Shown piece by piece: positions 15,704 to 25,084 of a stretch of DNA of 25,277 nucleotides. Under the pieces are notes generated by a model. It worked only from the letters and a program-made list of their open reading frames with translations, was not told where the DNA came from and did no database searches. This DNA is from Nitrososphaerota archaeon (GTDB lineage: Archaea; Thermoproteota; Nitrososphaeria_A; Caldarchaeales; Calditenuaceae), in the NCBI GenBank assembly GCA_038845265.1, contig JAWBQR010000013.1, positions 1-25,277 on the forward strand, in the 5' to 3' direction. Both the position numbers and the translations under genes were made by a program. Positions within the stretch are counted from its first letter, which is position 1. Each line of letters opens with the position of its first letter.

Positions 15704-16876
15704 TTGTTAAGTATGGGAGGACCATTAGATAACATTGTTGTAATAGATAATACGCACGTTATGGCTGGGCCTTTTGCTGGAAGACTTCTAGGAGAGCTGG
15801 GAGCATATGTGATTAAGGTTGAGCCTCCTTATGGAGAAATGGGAAGACGGCTAGGGAACCATTGGTTTTCATCAGTGAATGCAAATAAAAAATTTATTGC
15901 AATTAATCTCAAAGACGGGGAAGGAAGAAAAATATTATATGAACTAGTTAAAAAAGCAGATGTTTTTCTAACTAACTATGCATTTTCAACAATTGTAAAA
16001 TTAGGATTATCATACGATGAGCTTAAAAAAATTAACCCTAAAATTATTTACCTACATTTGACTGGTTTTGGCACTCAGGGGCCTTATAAAGATATACCAG
16101 CACATGACATTATTCTCCAAAGTCTATCGGGCATGGCATATACAAATGGATTTCCAGAAGACCCTCCAATTAGATGCGGGCCTCCCGTAATAGACATTGC
16201 AGCAGGTTTATGCGCTGCATTATCGATAGTTTCGGCATTATATTATAGAGAAAAAAGTGGGGAAGGGCAATTTATAGATATAGCTCTATATGACGCTGCT
16301 ATAATGCTAATGATTGAGCATTTAGCATATTATTTTATGGGTTATCCTGAAAGATTAGGAAACGCAAACCCGATGCAAACTGTGTATAACATATTCAAGG
16401 CAAAAGATGGATATGTAGCAGTTGTAACAGGAGAGGATGCTCAATGGAATGCGTTATTAAAAATAATGGGACGCGAAGATTTAAAAGATGATCCACGATT
16501 TAAAACACTGCCTGATAGGTCAAAGAATAGAATTATTATTGACGATATGGTGAATGAGTGGACCAAAACTATATCTACAAAAGAAGCAGAAAAGCTAATG
16601 ACATCAGTCGATTTTCCAATAGCGCCAGTACGTCATTTACAGGATATTTTAAATGATCCACAAGTTAAAACACGCCAAATGATAGTAAAATTATCACATC
16701 CTACTTTAGGAGAGGTACAAATTCCTGGTTCTACCTTAAAACTTTCGAAAACACCAGGTAAGGTAGAATCACCAGGATTCCCAATTGGATATCACACAAA
16801 TGAAGTACTTGCATCATTACTTAACTATGACGAGGACAAGATAGAAAATCTTAGAAAAAGAGGCATAATAGTATAA
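15704..16876 (+). CDS. Family III CoA-transferase (CaiB/BaiF/Frc family)
   Basis: N-terminal signature VIDNTHVMAGPFAGRLLGELGAYVIKVEPP and the central PPVIDIAAGL block containing the catalytic-Asp position. The track start is TTG 15704; ATG 15713 is equally plausible. Confidence 0.85.
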   Translation: MLSMGGPLDNIVVIDNTHVMAGPFAGRLLGELGAYVIKVEPPYGEMGRRLGNHWFSSVNANKKFIAINLKDGEGRKILYELVKKADVFLTNYAFSTIVKLGLSYDELKKINPKIIYLHLTGFGTQGPYKDIPAHDIILQSLSGMAYTNGFPEDPPIRCGPPVIDIAAGLCAALSIVSALYYREKSGEGQFIDIALYDAAIMLMIEHLAYYFMGYPERLGNANPMQTVYNIFKAKDGYVAVVTGEDAQWNALLKIMGREDLKDDPRFKTLPDRSKNRIIIDDMVNEWTKTISTKEAEKLMTSVDFPIAPVRHLQDILNDPQVKTRQMIVKLSHPTLGEVQIPGSTLKLSKTPGKVESPGFPIGYHTNEVLASLLNYDEDKIENLRKRGIIV

Positions 16877-17135
16877 TATTTATTTTATTAAATTAATATT
16901 GTTAAAGTTTTCTACTGTTTTAATAAGAGATGAGCATTCATTAACATTTATTTCATAAGTAAGATTATCTGATTCCTCATAACTATGTGCATGTTTGAAA
17001 GGTTTACTTTAATATTAAAAATTTGATGAAACACGATACTCAAATTTAAAATTAATGAAAAGGTTCTACATGTATGCGTTATTTACTTAAAATCTAAAAA
17101 TAAATTTAAATACTATGATTTAATTAACCTTAATC

Positions 17136-18299
17136 ATGAGTAACAATTTCGAATCTGGGCAACCTCGTAAAATAGTGTTTGGAAGAGGTTCAATCTATAA
17201 TTTACCTAATGTGCTTTCAAGTTTGGGGTTAAAAGGGAATGCATTGATAGTCACAGGAAAGAGATTCGCTAAACAATCTGGGTACTTGGACTTACTTATC
17301 ACCTCTCTAAAAAATAAAGGTGATAGGCCATTCGTTTTTGATGACGTCGAGCCAAATCCTTCAACCGATACAGTTAGCAAAGGAGCCAAGCTAGCAATGG
17401 ATAATGATATAAATTTTATAATTGCATTTGGTGGAGGGAGTGTAATAGATGCTGCGAAAGCCATCTCAATATTGCCGTTGCAGGGTGGATCGATTGAGGA
17501 TTATTTTTATGACTTAACTCATAAATCAGTACAGCCGCCTACTCTGCCTGTTGTAGCCATACCAACCACCTGCGGAACAGGAAGCGAAGTAACAAAATAC
17601 GCAGTAATAACTAAAGGCAAAAATAAATATACTGTTTTAGGTGACCAAATAATTCCCATAGCCGCAATCCTCGACGGAGAAACTTTAAAACTTTTACCTC
17701 CTGATCAATTTGCCATTGTTGGTATGGATGCAATTTCTCATGCCATTGAATCATACTTTAACAAAGAATCTAATATCTATTCTGAAATGCTTGCAGTAAA
17801 TGCGTTAAAAATTTTAATAAATAATTTTATTAAAGGATATGATAATGAAATAGAAGCAAGAGAAGCCATGCTTTACGGTAGTATGTTAGCTGGAATGGCT
17901 ATAAACATGACAGGAACTACTGTAGTTCACGCTTTGAGTGCATATATCACACCTCAATATAACATTCCTCATGGCTTATCCAACAGCCTGTTTATTGATA
18001 TATATCTGAAGAAAATTAGTAACGCTTTACCAATGATGACTTTAAAACTAGCTAAAGCTTTAGGATTTAGTTCAGATAATCCTGATGAAGCTCAAAATAT
18101 ACTATTTACGACTATCGTAAATCTAAAAAGACACTCAAAAATAATGACTGGGCTTAAGAATTTAAATATCCCTAAAACTGAACTTACAAAAATAGCTGAG
18201 GAGGGATATAATTTTAAAAGATTGATTGAAAAAATCCCTGTAAAAATTAAATTTGAAGATGTACTTGAAATAGTCAACGAGGCTTACATTAGAATGTGA
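17136..18299 (+). CDS. Iron-containing (group III) alcohol dehydrogenase
   Basis: GGGSVIDAAKAI nucleotide-binding block. Metal-ligand His blocks DAISHAIESY, VVHALSAY and IPHGLSNS. 387 aa. Confidence 0.85.
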   Translation: MSNNFESGQPRKIVFGRGSIYNLPNVLSSLGLKGNALIVTGKRFAKQSGYLDLLITSLKNKGDRPFVFDDVEPNPSTDTVSKGAKLAMDNDINFIIAFGGGSVIDAAKAISILPLQGGSIEDYFYDLTHKSVQPPTLPVVAIPTTCGTGSEVTKYAVITKGKNKYTVLGDQIIPIAAILDGETLKLLPPDQFAIVGMDAISHAIESYFNKESNIYSEMLAVNALKILINNFIKGYDNEIEAREAMLYGSMLAGMAINMTGTTVVHALSAYITPQYNIPHGLSNSLFIDIYLKKISNALPMMTLKLAKALGFSSDNPDEAQNILFTTIVNLKRHSKIMTGLKNLNIPKTELTKIAEEGYNFKRLIEKIPVKIKFEDVLEIVNEAYIRM

Positions 18300-18380
18300 A
18301 TGAATTAGGATTGTTCATTTATGATTTAAGACTGAATACCATTTAATAAAACATTTTTTAGGAGGCATAGTTTTCGAATT

Positions 18381-19517
18381 ATGAATTATGACTTGAGACG
18401 ATATCAAGCATGGCTAATTGTTTTCTCGTCCTTCACAATTTATGCATACATAGTCTCTACGATTGGTCCTATGATTCCAAAAATATTTTCTGATTTTCCA
18501 ACAAAGTATGAACTTCAGGGTTTCATAATTAGCCTTTATTCTCTAATGGGTTTCGCTGCGATCTTTGGTGGACATATCTATGACAGATTTGGACCTCGGA
18601 CCAATTCCTTAGCACTTATGCTACTAGGGATTGGAATGATTATATTATTAACGTCTAGCAACATAGTATTCATTGGTATTTCATTAATAATTCTTGGGCT
18701 AGGCGCAGCAGTAATTGAAGCAGCATCGAGCGCTATTTCAGTGGACATCTATCAAGAGAGAAGGGGGATGTCATTGAATTTGCTGCATTTTGCATGGAAC
18801 GTTGGATCAACAATAGGTCCACCAACAGCAGTAACTATTGTGATTTATTCGAATAGTTGGAGAAATGTTTACATTACGCCCTTGATCATAGTAAGTTTAT
18901 TATCAGTGCTATCCTACAAATTTTTTGCAGACAATAAACCCATCATTAATGCGAAATCTAAAATTTTCATAAATATCAGAAAAACACTTCAAGTTACGAT
19001 AGTAGCTATGTTTATTGTTTCTCTTGAACGTGCAATAGGGTTATGGCTTCCTACATTATTGAGTGTTATTGGCATTGAGACCATTACCATGGGATTAACC
19101 ATGGGACTATATTGGGCGTTAATGGGCGTCGGAAGAATTTTTTGGAGCATATTTACAGATAGACTTGGATATGGTAGAACAATCTTACTGACAGTTGTTA
19201 TCGCAACCCTAATATTGAGTATAACAGCAGTATCCTCGTCTATTGAAATTAAATTATTCTTTTGGCCTCTAACTGGATTTTTCTTAGCTCCAATTTATCC
19301 AAATATAATTGCATGGATTACTAAGAATCAATTAGCTTCTAGTGGTTATGCATCAGGATTAACTTTTACCATGGGAAGCGTAGGCTCACTTTTTATTACA
19401 AACGTGATTGGGCTTTCTATGAGTTTATGGGGAATTGAAAGCATTCAATTTATATATCCGGTTCTCAGTTTATTAGCTTCTCTTTACACACTATGCATTT
19501 ATTTAAAACACAAATAA
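18381..19517 (+). CDS. Major facilitator superfamily transporter
   Basis: About 12 hydrophobic segments. An MFS loop-2/3-like motif (GGHIYDRFGPR) and a central hydrophilic loop are present. Confidence 0.75.
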   Translation: MNYDLRRYQAWLIVFSSFTIYAYIVSTIGPMIPKIFSDFPTKYELQGFIISLYSLMGFAAIFGGHIYDRFGPRTNSLALMLLGIGMIILLTSSNIVFIGISLIILGLGAAVIEAASSAISVDIYQERRGMSLNLLHFAWNVGSTIGPPTAVTIVIYSNSWRNVYITPLIIVSLLSVLSYKFFADNKPIINAKSKIFINIRKTLQVTIVAMFIVSLERAIGLWLPTLLSVIGIETITMGLTMGLYWALMGVGRIFWSIFTDRLGYGRTILLTVVIATLILSITAVSSSIEIKLFFWPLTGFFLAPIYPNIIAWITKNQLASSGYASGLTFTMGSVGSLFITNVIGLSMSLWGIESIQFIYPVLSLLASLYTLCIYLKHK

Positions 19518-19541
19518 ATTACCTAAAGGAAATTTAGTAAT

Positions 19542-21230
19542 TCATTTGGTGGAATTAATTCTTATTGGCAATCCTGCTCCTTTATCTGCCTGATTTGCCA
19601 ATAAATTGTATAGTGTTAGAATTGAGTTATTAAATCGTGGTTTTGGTCTTTCCCAATATTTCTTTCTTCTTTTAAGTTCACTTTCACTTATATCCACATT
19701 TAATTTTTTATTAACAATATCGATCTCGACCAAATCTCCATTTTCTACTAAAGCAATAGTTCCACCTATCGCTGCCTCTGGCACAACTTGACACACGAAT
19801 GGGCCTCTAGCAAATCCAGATACTTTTCCGTCAGTTACCACTGCTACTGTCGTATCTATTTTTTTACCGACTATTGACAACACAATTGGAAATATATCTG
19901 TGAGTCCTGGGCCTCCTCTTGGTCCTTCGTATCTTACTATTAAAACGGACTTTTCTTGTATTTCTTTATTCATAATAAACTTTATAGCATCTTCCTGAGA
20001 ATCAAAAACTATTGCCGGAGCTTTGAAATACCATAATTCTTTCTTTATCGCTAAAACTCTTACTACAGAGCTATTAGCGAGGTTACCTCTAAGAACAGCC
20101 AAGCCCCCATGCTCATAAACAGGTTCTGAGATTTTGTATATAACATCTCTTCTCTTAACATATGCTTTGCTTGCTATCTCGCCAACTTTTTCACCAGAAA
20201 CTGTCATTTGCTGGGTATCGATTAGGCCTCCAAGTTCTTTTATTAACGCGGGAATTCCTCCAGCCTCATGGAAGTCTATTAAGTCATAGGGCCCAATAGG
20301 TTTAATAGGTGTTAAACAAGGCGTATTCTGACTTATACTCTCAATCAAATCCAAATTTATTATGTCCTCAAGTCCAAGCTCATATGCAAGTGCCAATATA
20401 TGAATTATTGCGTTTGTAGAACCCCCTAATGCCATTAAGACAACACACATATTCTTTAAAGCATTTTCAGTTAATATCTCCCTTGCAGTAACGTTTTTCT
20501 TAACTAGTTCTACTACTGTTTTACCACTTTGTTTAGCTATTCTTAGTTTCATAGCTGAAATCGCTGGAGTCGTAGATGAGTATGGTAATGCTAAACCCAC
20601 AGCTTCTGATAGACATTGCATAGTGTTCGCAGTACCCATAACCGGACAGGCTCCAGGCGTTGGGCATACTGCGTCTTCTAAAACTCTCACCTTGTTTGCA
20701 AGCTCTGGGTCTATTTTGATACCGCCAAAAACAAATTCATCCAAATCTGAGAGGTAATATTTTTTCCCCTCAAAAAATCCTGGAAGCATTGGTCCCCCTG
20801 GGATTATTATCGTTGGCAAATTCAATCTTGCTGCCGCTAAAAGGGCAGCTGGAACATTTTTATCACAAGTCGTTAATATTGCAATGCCATCGAGTTCGTG
20901 GATCTTGGCTCCTATCTCTATCTCGGCAGCGATTATATCTCTTGATGGGGTATCAAATCTCATTTCTGGTTGTCCAGCGCATATTGCTGCGCATTGTGAA
21001 AGAACATTAAATTCGACAGGTGTTCCGCCCGCTTGCCAAATCCCGGCTTTTACAGCCTCTGCTAGTGCTCTTAAATGTATATGCCCTGGGCATACTTCGC
21101 TCCAACTATTCACTACTCCAATAATGGGTCTATCGAAATCGCTATCTTCGAATCCTAACGTTTTTAAAACTGCACGAGCATAAGAAATATTAACATCGTC
21201 AGAACTCCATCTAAATGATCTTTTTGACAT
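19542..21230 (-). CDS. IlvD/Edd family dehydratase (dihydroxy-acid / sugar-acid dehydratase)
   Basis: Family blocks: NSWSEVCPGHIHL, TTCDKNVPAALLAAARLNLPTIIIPGGPM, PGACPVMGTANTM, LMALGGSTNAIIH, IVRYEGPRGGPG. The active-site block reads VVTDGKVSGFARG rather than the usual TDGRFSGG. Confidence 0.9.
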   Translation of the reverse strand: MSKRSFRWSSDDVNISYARAVLKTLGFEDSDFDRPIIGVVNSWSEVCPGHIHLRALAEAVKAGIWQAGGTPVEFNVLSQCAAICAGQPEMRFDTPSRDIIAAEIEIGAKIHELDGIAILTTCDKNVPAALLAAARLNLPTIIIPGGPMLPGFFEGKKYYLSDLDEFVFGGIKIDPELANKVRVLEDAVCPTPGACPVMGTANTMQCLSEAVGLALPYSSTTPAISAMKLRIAKQSGKTVVELVKKNVTAREILTENALKNMCVVLMALGGSTNAIIHILALAYELGLEDIINLDLIESISQNTPCLTPIKPIGPYDLIDFHEAGGIPALIKELGGLIDTQQMTVSGEKVGEIASKAYVKRRDVIYKISEPVYEHGGLAVLRGNLANSSVVRVLAIKKELWYFKAPAIVFDSQEDAIKFIMNKEIQEKSVLIVRYEGPRGGPGLTDIFPIVLSIVGKKIDTTVAVVTDGKVSGFARGPFVCQVVPEAAIGGTIALVENGDLVEIDIVNKKLNVDISESELKRRKKYWERPKPRFNNSILTLYNLLANQADKGAGLPIRINSTK

Positions 21231-21252
21231 GATATTTTACTAAGGTTGCTAT

Positions 21253-21260
21253 TATATAAA
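21253..21260 (-). promoter_or_regulatory. TATA box (TTTATATA on minus strand) for the dehydratase gene
   Basis: Centred about 26 nt upstream of ATG 21230, which implies a leaderless transcript separate from the upstream ABC/cupin unit. Confidence 0.4.
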
Positions 21261-21305
21261 TCATTTTTTGTTAAAAAATGCAAAATTTGATTTTGATAAA
21301 TTTAT

Positions 21306-21689
21306 CTATCTTGATGGCAATTCAGTTGGCGGACTGTAGACAGCAAAAAGGACTAATTCCTCTTCTCCTGTATTCTTGTATTGATGTGGCACTCCTGGGG
21401 GTGTATATATTAGTGAGCCTGGACCTATATTGTATACCTTATCATTTATATAAACTTCTCCTTTTCCCTTAATTACCAGAACTACTTCTTCTGAATTTTC
21501 ATGTACATGTTTTGATCCTGCTTGTTTTCCTGGAAATATACCTACGTGGATTCGCATATGTTTACTCGATAATACTACTTTTATTCTTCTTAAGGTATTG
21601 TTCTCGATTTCGCCAAGCCAGTAAAATGGTACATCATCAATATTGATGACCTTGCTTTCCATTTTCTCACTCATACAGCCTATTAACAA
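21306..21689 (-). CDS. Cupin-domain protein (metal-binding cupin_2 type)
   Basis: Both cupin motifs are present: GSKHVHENSEEVVLVIKG and GSLIYTPPGVPHQYKN. The track start is TTG 21689; ATG 21674 is a likely alternative. Confidence 0.75.
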   Translation of the reverse strand: MLIGCMSEKMESKVINIDDVPFYWLGEIENNTLRRIKVVLSSKHMRIHVGIFPGKQAGSKHVHENSEEVVLVIKGKGEVYINDKVYNIGPGSLIYTPPGVPHQYKNTGEEELVLFAVYSPPTELPSR

Positions 21690-21734
21690 ATTTTGTTTTT
21701 ATTTATACTTATCGGAAAAATCAATATTCTGTCT

Positions 21735-22565
21735 TTATCCCTTGACAGCCCCCATTCCCCATCCTCTGATAAGGAACTTCTGGATGGCGACGAAGAATGC
21801 TAGTGCTGGTAAAACTGATACTAATGAGAGTGCCATTAGTAGTCCCCAATCAGTCACCACTGCTTCATATACATCCATAATGCCAAGTGGCAGTGTTTTT
21901 AGGCTTTCAGAAGAAATAATAATTCTTGCAAATAGATAGTCATTATAAGCTGTTACAAATGTGAAAATTGATGTAGCTATTATTCCAGGTAAAGCTGTGG
22001 GAAAAACTACACTAAACAATGTTCTTAGCCGAGACGCGCCATCTATCAATGCTGATTCTTCAATTTGTATTGGAACTGTCTGGAAATATGCCCATAAGAG
22101 CCATAGGGAGAATGGAAGGGATATTGATGTATAAGTTATTGTTAATCCTAATAATGTGTCATTCAATCCTAAGTATCTGAAAATTATGTGAAACGGAATT
22201 GCTAACACTACGGGTGGAAACATGTAGGTCATCAATATTGAGTTTGCAAAAATTGATTTGCCTGGAAATTTGAACCGGGCTAAACTATATCCTCCTAACG
22301 ATGCAACAAATAATACTAGGACAATAGATGAAACTGTGGCAACTAGCGAGTTGCGGAGAAATGCGAAGAATTGAGTTCCGAAGACTGCATTATATATATG
22401 TTTTAATGTAGGATTTAGTGTAATAATTGAGGGTGGCCACGTAACTATTTCTCTGTCGGGCTTGATAGAAGTTATAAACATCCAGTAGAGAGGAAATCCT
22501 GCCCATAATACTACAAGTGCTACACAAATGTATAACACTACCCTCTCTTTTTTAATTTTTATCAT
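21735..22565 (-). CDS. Carbohydrate ABC transporter permease (CUT1, MalG-like)
   Basis: Six hydrophobic segments and the EAA loop (EESALIDGASRLRTLFSVVFPTALPG). Its start overlaps the upstream permease stop by 4 nt (ATGA). Confidence 0.85.
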   Translation of the reverse strand: MIKIKKERVVLYICVALVVLWAGFPLYWMFITSIKPDREIVTWPPSIITLNPTLKHIYNAVFGTQFFAFLRNSLVATVSSIVLVLFVASLGGYSLARFKFPGKSIFANSILMTYMFPPVVLAIPFHIIFRYLGLNDTLLGLTITYTSISLPFSLWLLWAYFQTVPIQIEESALIDGASRLRTLFSVVFPTALPGIIATSIFTFVTAYNDYLFARIIISSESLKTLPLGIMDVYEAVVTDWGLLMALSLVSVLPALAFFVAIQKFLIRGWGMGAVKG

Positions 22566-23449
22566 TTAGTTAACACCTCGTATATTTTTTGAGACACAGT
22601 TACAACTATGGCTAAAATTATTATCAATATTATGCATATTGTTGCGCCATAACCCGCATTTAGAACACCAAAAGTCGTCTCGAAGGCATATACCGGCAAA
22701 TTTTCAATGTATTTACCGGCTCCACCTGTCGCCGCTAATAAGTAAGGTACATCAAACTTTGTAAACATCCAGAGTGTTCTTAAGATTACTACGACGAAAA
22801 TTACTTCTCTTAATGCTGGAAGAGTCACATGTCTAAACCGACTCAATTTTCCTGCACCATCCACCTTTGCTGAATCGTATAATGATTGGTCAATTGTCTG
22901 AAGTCTTGCCAATACACTGACAGTAACAAAAGGAGTAAATATCCATACGCTTATTATTATCAATGTTAACATGATATATTCTTTGCCTAGCCATGGTACG
23001 GGTTTTCCACCTGTTGAAACGATTAGGTAGTTTACAAAGCCATAAACAGGTTCAAGTAACCACCTGAATACAAGTATACCGATTACAAATGGTATTACGT
23101 ATGGCAAGAGTGAGAGGCCTCGCACTAGGCTCCTTCCCTTGAATTCCTCATTTAATACTAATGCTATACCGATTCCTAGCCCCAACTGTAGAACTACAGA
23201 ACCTATCCCATATATTACTCCTTGATAAAAAAACTGTGTAAAAAACTGGTCATTAAAAAATGCTTTGATATAGTTATCTATGCCCACGAAGGATAATTCG
23301 AGATGAAATGTATCGGCATAATGAAAGCTAAGATATGCTGCAAAAGCCACGGGAAATACAATTATTCCTAAAAAGAATATTATTGAGGGAAGCGCTAATA
23401 AAAAACCAAACCTAGATTCACTTTGTTCTAGACTTTTGTACTTCCTCAT
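22562..23449 (-). CDS. Carbohydrate ABC transporter permease (CUT1, MalF-like)
   Basis: Hydrophobic profile fits, and the EAA loop is present (YDSAKVDGAGKLSRFRHVTLPAL). Confidence 0.85.
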   Translation of the reverse strand: MRKYKSLEQSESRFGFLLALPSIIFFLGIIVFPVAFAAYLSFHYADTFHLELSFVGIDNYIKAFFNDQFFTQFFYQGVIYGIGSVVLQLGLGIGIALVLNEEFKGRSLVRGLSLLPYVIPFVIGILVFRWLLEPVYGFVNYLIVSTGGKPVPWLGKEYIMLTLIIISVWIFTPFVTVSVLARLQTIDQSLYDSAKVDGAGKLSRFRHVTLPALREVIFVVVILRTLWMFTKFDVPYLLAATGGAGKYIENLPVYAFETTFGVLNAGYGATICIILIIILAIVVTVSQKIYEVLTK

Positions 23450-23469
23450 TTCCGATCTTCCATTTTTCT

Positions 23470-25056
23470 TTAAGGTACATAGTCTTGATATCCTTTTGAC
23501 ACAAGTAGCTCAACTGCTCTTTTCTGAGCATCACGCGCAGCATCCTGAGGAGATTTACGCCCCAATGCAACATCCATCGCCATGTCAGCTATAATTCCCG
23601 ACTCTCTTAACTCAAAGACGTATGGTAGCAAATAGTCCCACATGAGTTCACCCTTTACTCTTATTTTTCTGAAACCCATAGTAGGTAATGCTGCACCTCT
23701 ATCTATATAGTATTGTTGGCAATCGAGCCAACTCCCCCACTTATTGAAATAATCGGCACGTACCTGCTTAAGTAGATTTAGCGCAGATTTTCGTATAGGC
23801 ATTAGATGAATAGGCACGTCCTTACACCATTCTACATAGTTCTCTGGCTCCATGAAGAATTTTAGCCATTCCTTTCCGAGGTCTGGATTCTTACTGTTTG
23901 AGAATACGTGCCAAGTATTGTCGTCTATCTGTGTAAAGTCTCTACCACCTGGGGGAACTGGTTTCAGTATAACGCCGAAGGTGTCTTGATTTGCTAACTC
24001 GGCAGGGGCATATTGTTCAATGTATCCAATTGCTCTGGGCCATCCATATGCGGCTGCGACCCTACCCGTAACTAGTGAGCTAAAGGTGTCTAGATAATCT
24101 CTACCCTCCCAACCAGGCGGACAGTGCTTTGTTAATTCAGCGTAATATTCTAATCCTTGAATTACTTTATCATTGTCAAAATCTACCCTACCTTGATCGT
24201 CATACCAGGCACCGCCAGTAGCTCCTATGGACATCCACGTATCTTCATCTATGAAGTATCTTGTTTTTCCTGCAAGATCTAATCCCCAAATTCCTTTTTC
24301 AGGTCGTGTTAGTTGGTCAAGAGCTGTTAACCACTCATTCCATGAAAGTCGCTTTTGTAATCCCGGCCATGGCATATCTACATACTCTTCCCAGTAGTCT
24401 TTCCTAACAACTAGGACATCTGTAGCAATAGTACAATGTACAGCATAGTAATGCCCTTTATAATAGCACATGTCTGCTGAAGCCTCAAACACATCGTTAC
24501 CCCAATAGTTGTATAAGTCGTCCAATGGCAATTCGACCCCCATATCTGCAAACTTAGATATCCATGAAAATGTACCCATTGCTACTTCGGGCGGTGCTCC
24601 GGCAGCCAATGCTGATGATATTTTTGGTCCAACATCCGCCCAGGCAAGGACACTTATATCTACGGAGCTTCCGGGATACTTTTGTGCAAATTTGTCAGCT
24701 AGCCTAACAAAGGCCTTGGCAGTAGGGTCGTAAGACTCACAGTGCCAGAACGTTATTTTTCCAGGCTTAATAGTAGGGGTTGGAGTAGTTACAACTGTTG
24801 TAGGTGTAGTTACTACAGTAGTTGGAGATGGTGTAGTTACAACTGTTGTGGGACCACCGACAGTGACAGTCTGTGTCACTGTCTCCTTTGCAGTTACCGT
24901 CGTGGCTGGTCCTGTAACAGTCGACGTCACAGTTTTCTCTATCAATTCTGCTGGTTTAGCCAAATAACCAATAGCTGCACCTATAACTAAACCTCCCACC
25001 GCGCTGCCTACAACTTTAATGGCATCTCTTCTACCAGATTTTCTTTCCCCGCTCAT
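23470..25056 (-). CDS. Extracellular solute-binding protein of a carbohydrate ABC transporter, with N-terminal membrane anchor and Thr-rich linker
   Basis: First gene of the permease operon. It has an RR-containing N-region (SGRRDAIKV), then a hydrophobic helix, a T/V/P-rich linker, and an SBP-like body of about 430 aa rich in W/Y/D. Confidence 0.8.
   Translation of the reverse strand: MSGERKSGRRDAIKVVGSAVGGLVIGAAIGYLAKPAELIEKTVTSTVTGPATTVTAKETVTQTVTVGGPTTVVTTPSPTTVVTTPTTVVTTPTPTIKPGKITFWHCESYDPTAKAFVRLADKFAQKYPGSSVDISVLAWADVGPKISSALAAGAPPEVAMGTFSWISKFADMGVELPLDDLYNYWGNDVFEASADMCYYKGHYYAVHCTIATDVLVVRKDYWEEYVDMPWPGLQKRLSWNEWLTALDQLTRPEKGIWGLDLAGKTRYFIDEDTWMSIGATGGAWYDDQGRVDFDNDKVIQGLEYYAELTKHCPPGWEGRDYLDTFSSLVTGRVAAAYGWPRAIGYIEQYAPAELANQDTFGVILKPVPPGGRDFTQIDDNTWHVFSNSKNPDLGKEWLKFFMEPENYVEWCKDVPIHLMPIRKSALNLLKQVRADYFNKWGSWLDCQQYYIDRGAALPTMGFRKIRVKGELMWDYLLPYVFELRESGIIADMAMDVALGRKSPQDAARDAQKRAVELLVSKGYQDYVP
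24772..24933 (-). repeat. Low-complexity coding repeat encoding the Thr/Val/Pro linker (..TTVVTTPSPTTVVTTPTTVVTTPTPT..)
   Basis: The 17-mer GTAGTTACAACTGTTGT occurs at 24785-24801 and 24833-24849 (48-nt period) within a longer ACN/GTN-biased tract. Confidence 0.8.
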
Positions 25057-25084
25057 ATTCTCGATTAAAAAAGACTTTCACTCA

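Noticed and set aside
19542-21230. Calling this gene ilvD (branched-chain amino-acid biosynthesis).
   Set aside because: There are no ilvB/N/C/E neighbours. The gene sits behind a sugar ABC operon and has a divergent active-site loop. Only the family assignment is justified.
24742-24990. A Cys-rich 82-aa ORF (CCRCSYYSSWRWCSYNCCG..) that superficially resembles a small metal-binding or secreted peptide.
   Set aside because: It is the antisense reading of the ACN/GTN repeat tract that encodes the Thr-rich linker of the binding protein. Its composition is an artefact of that repeat.
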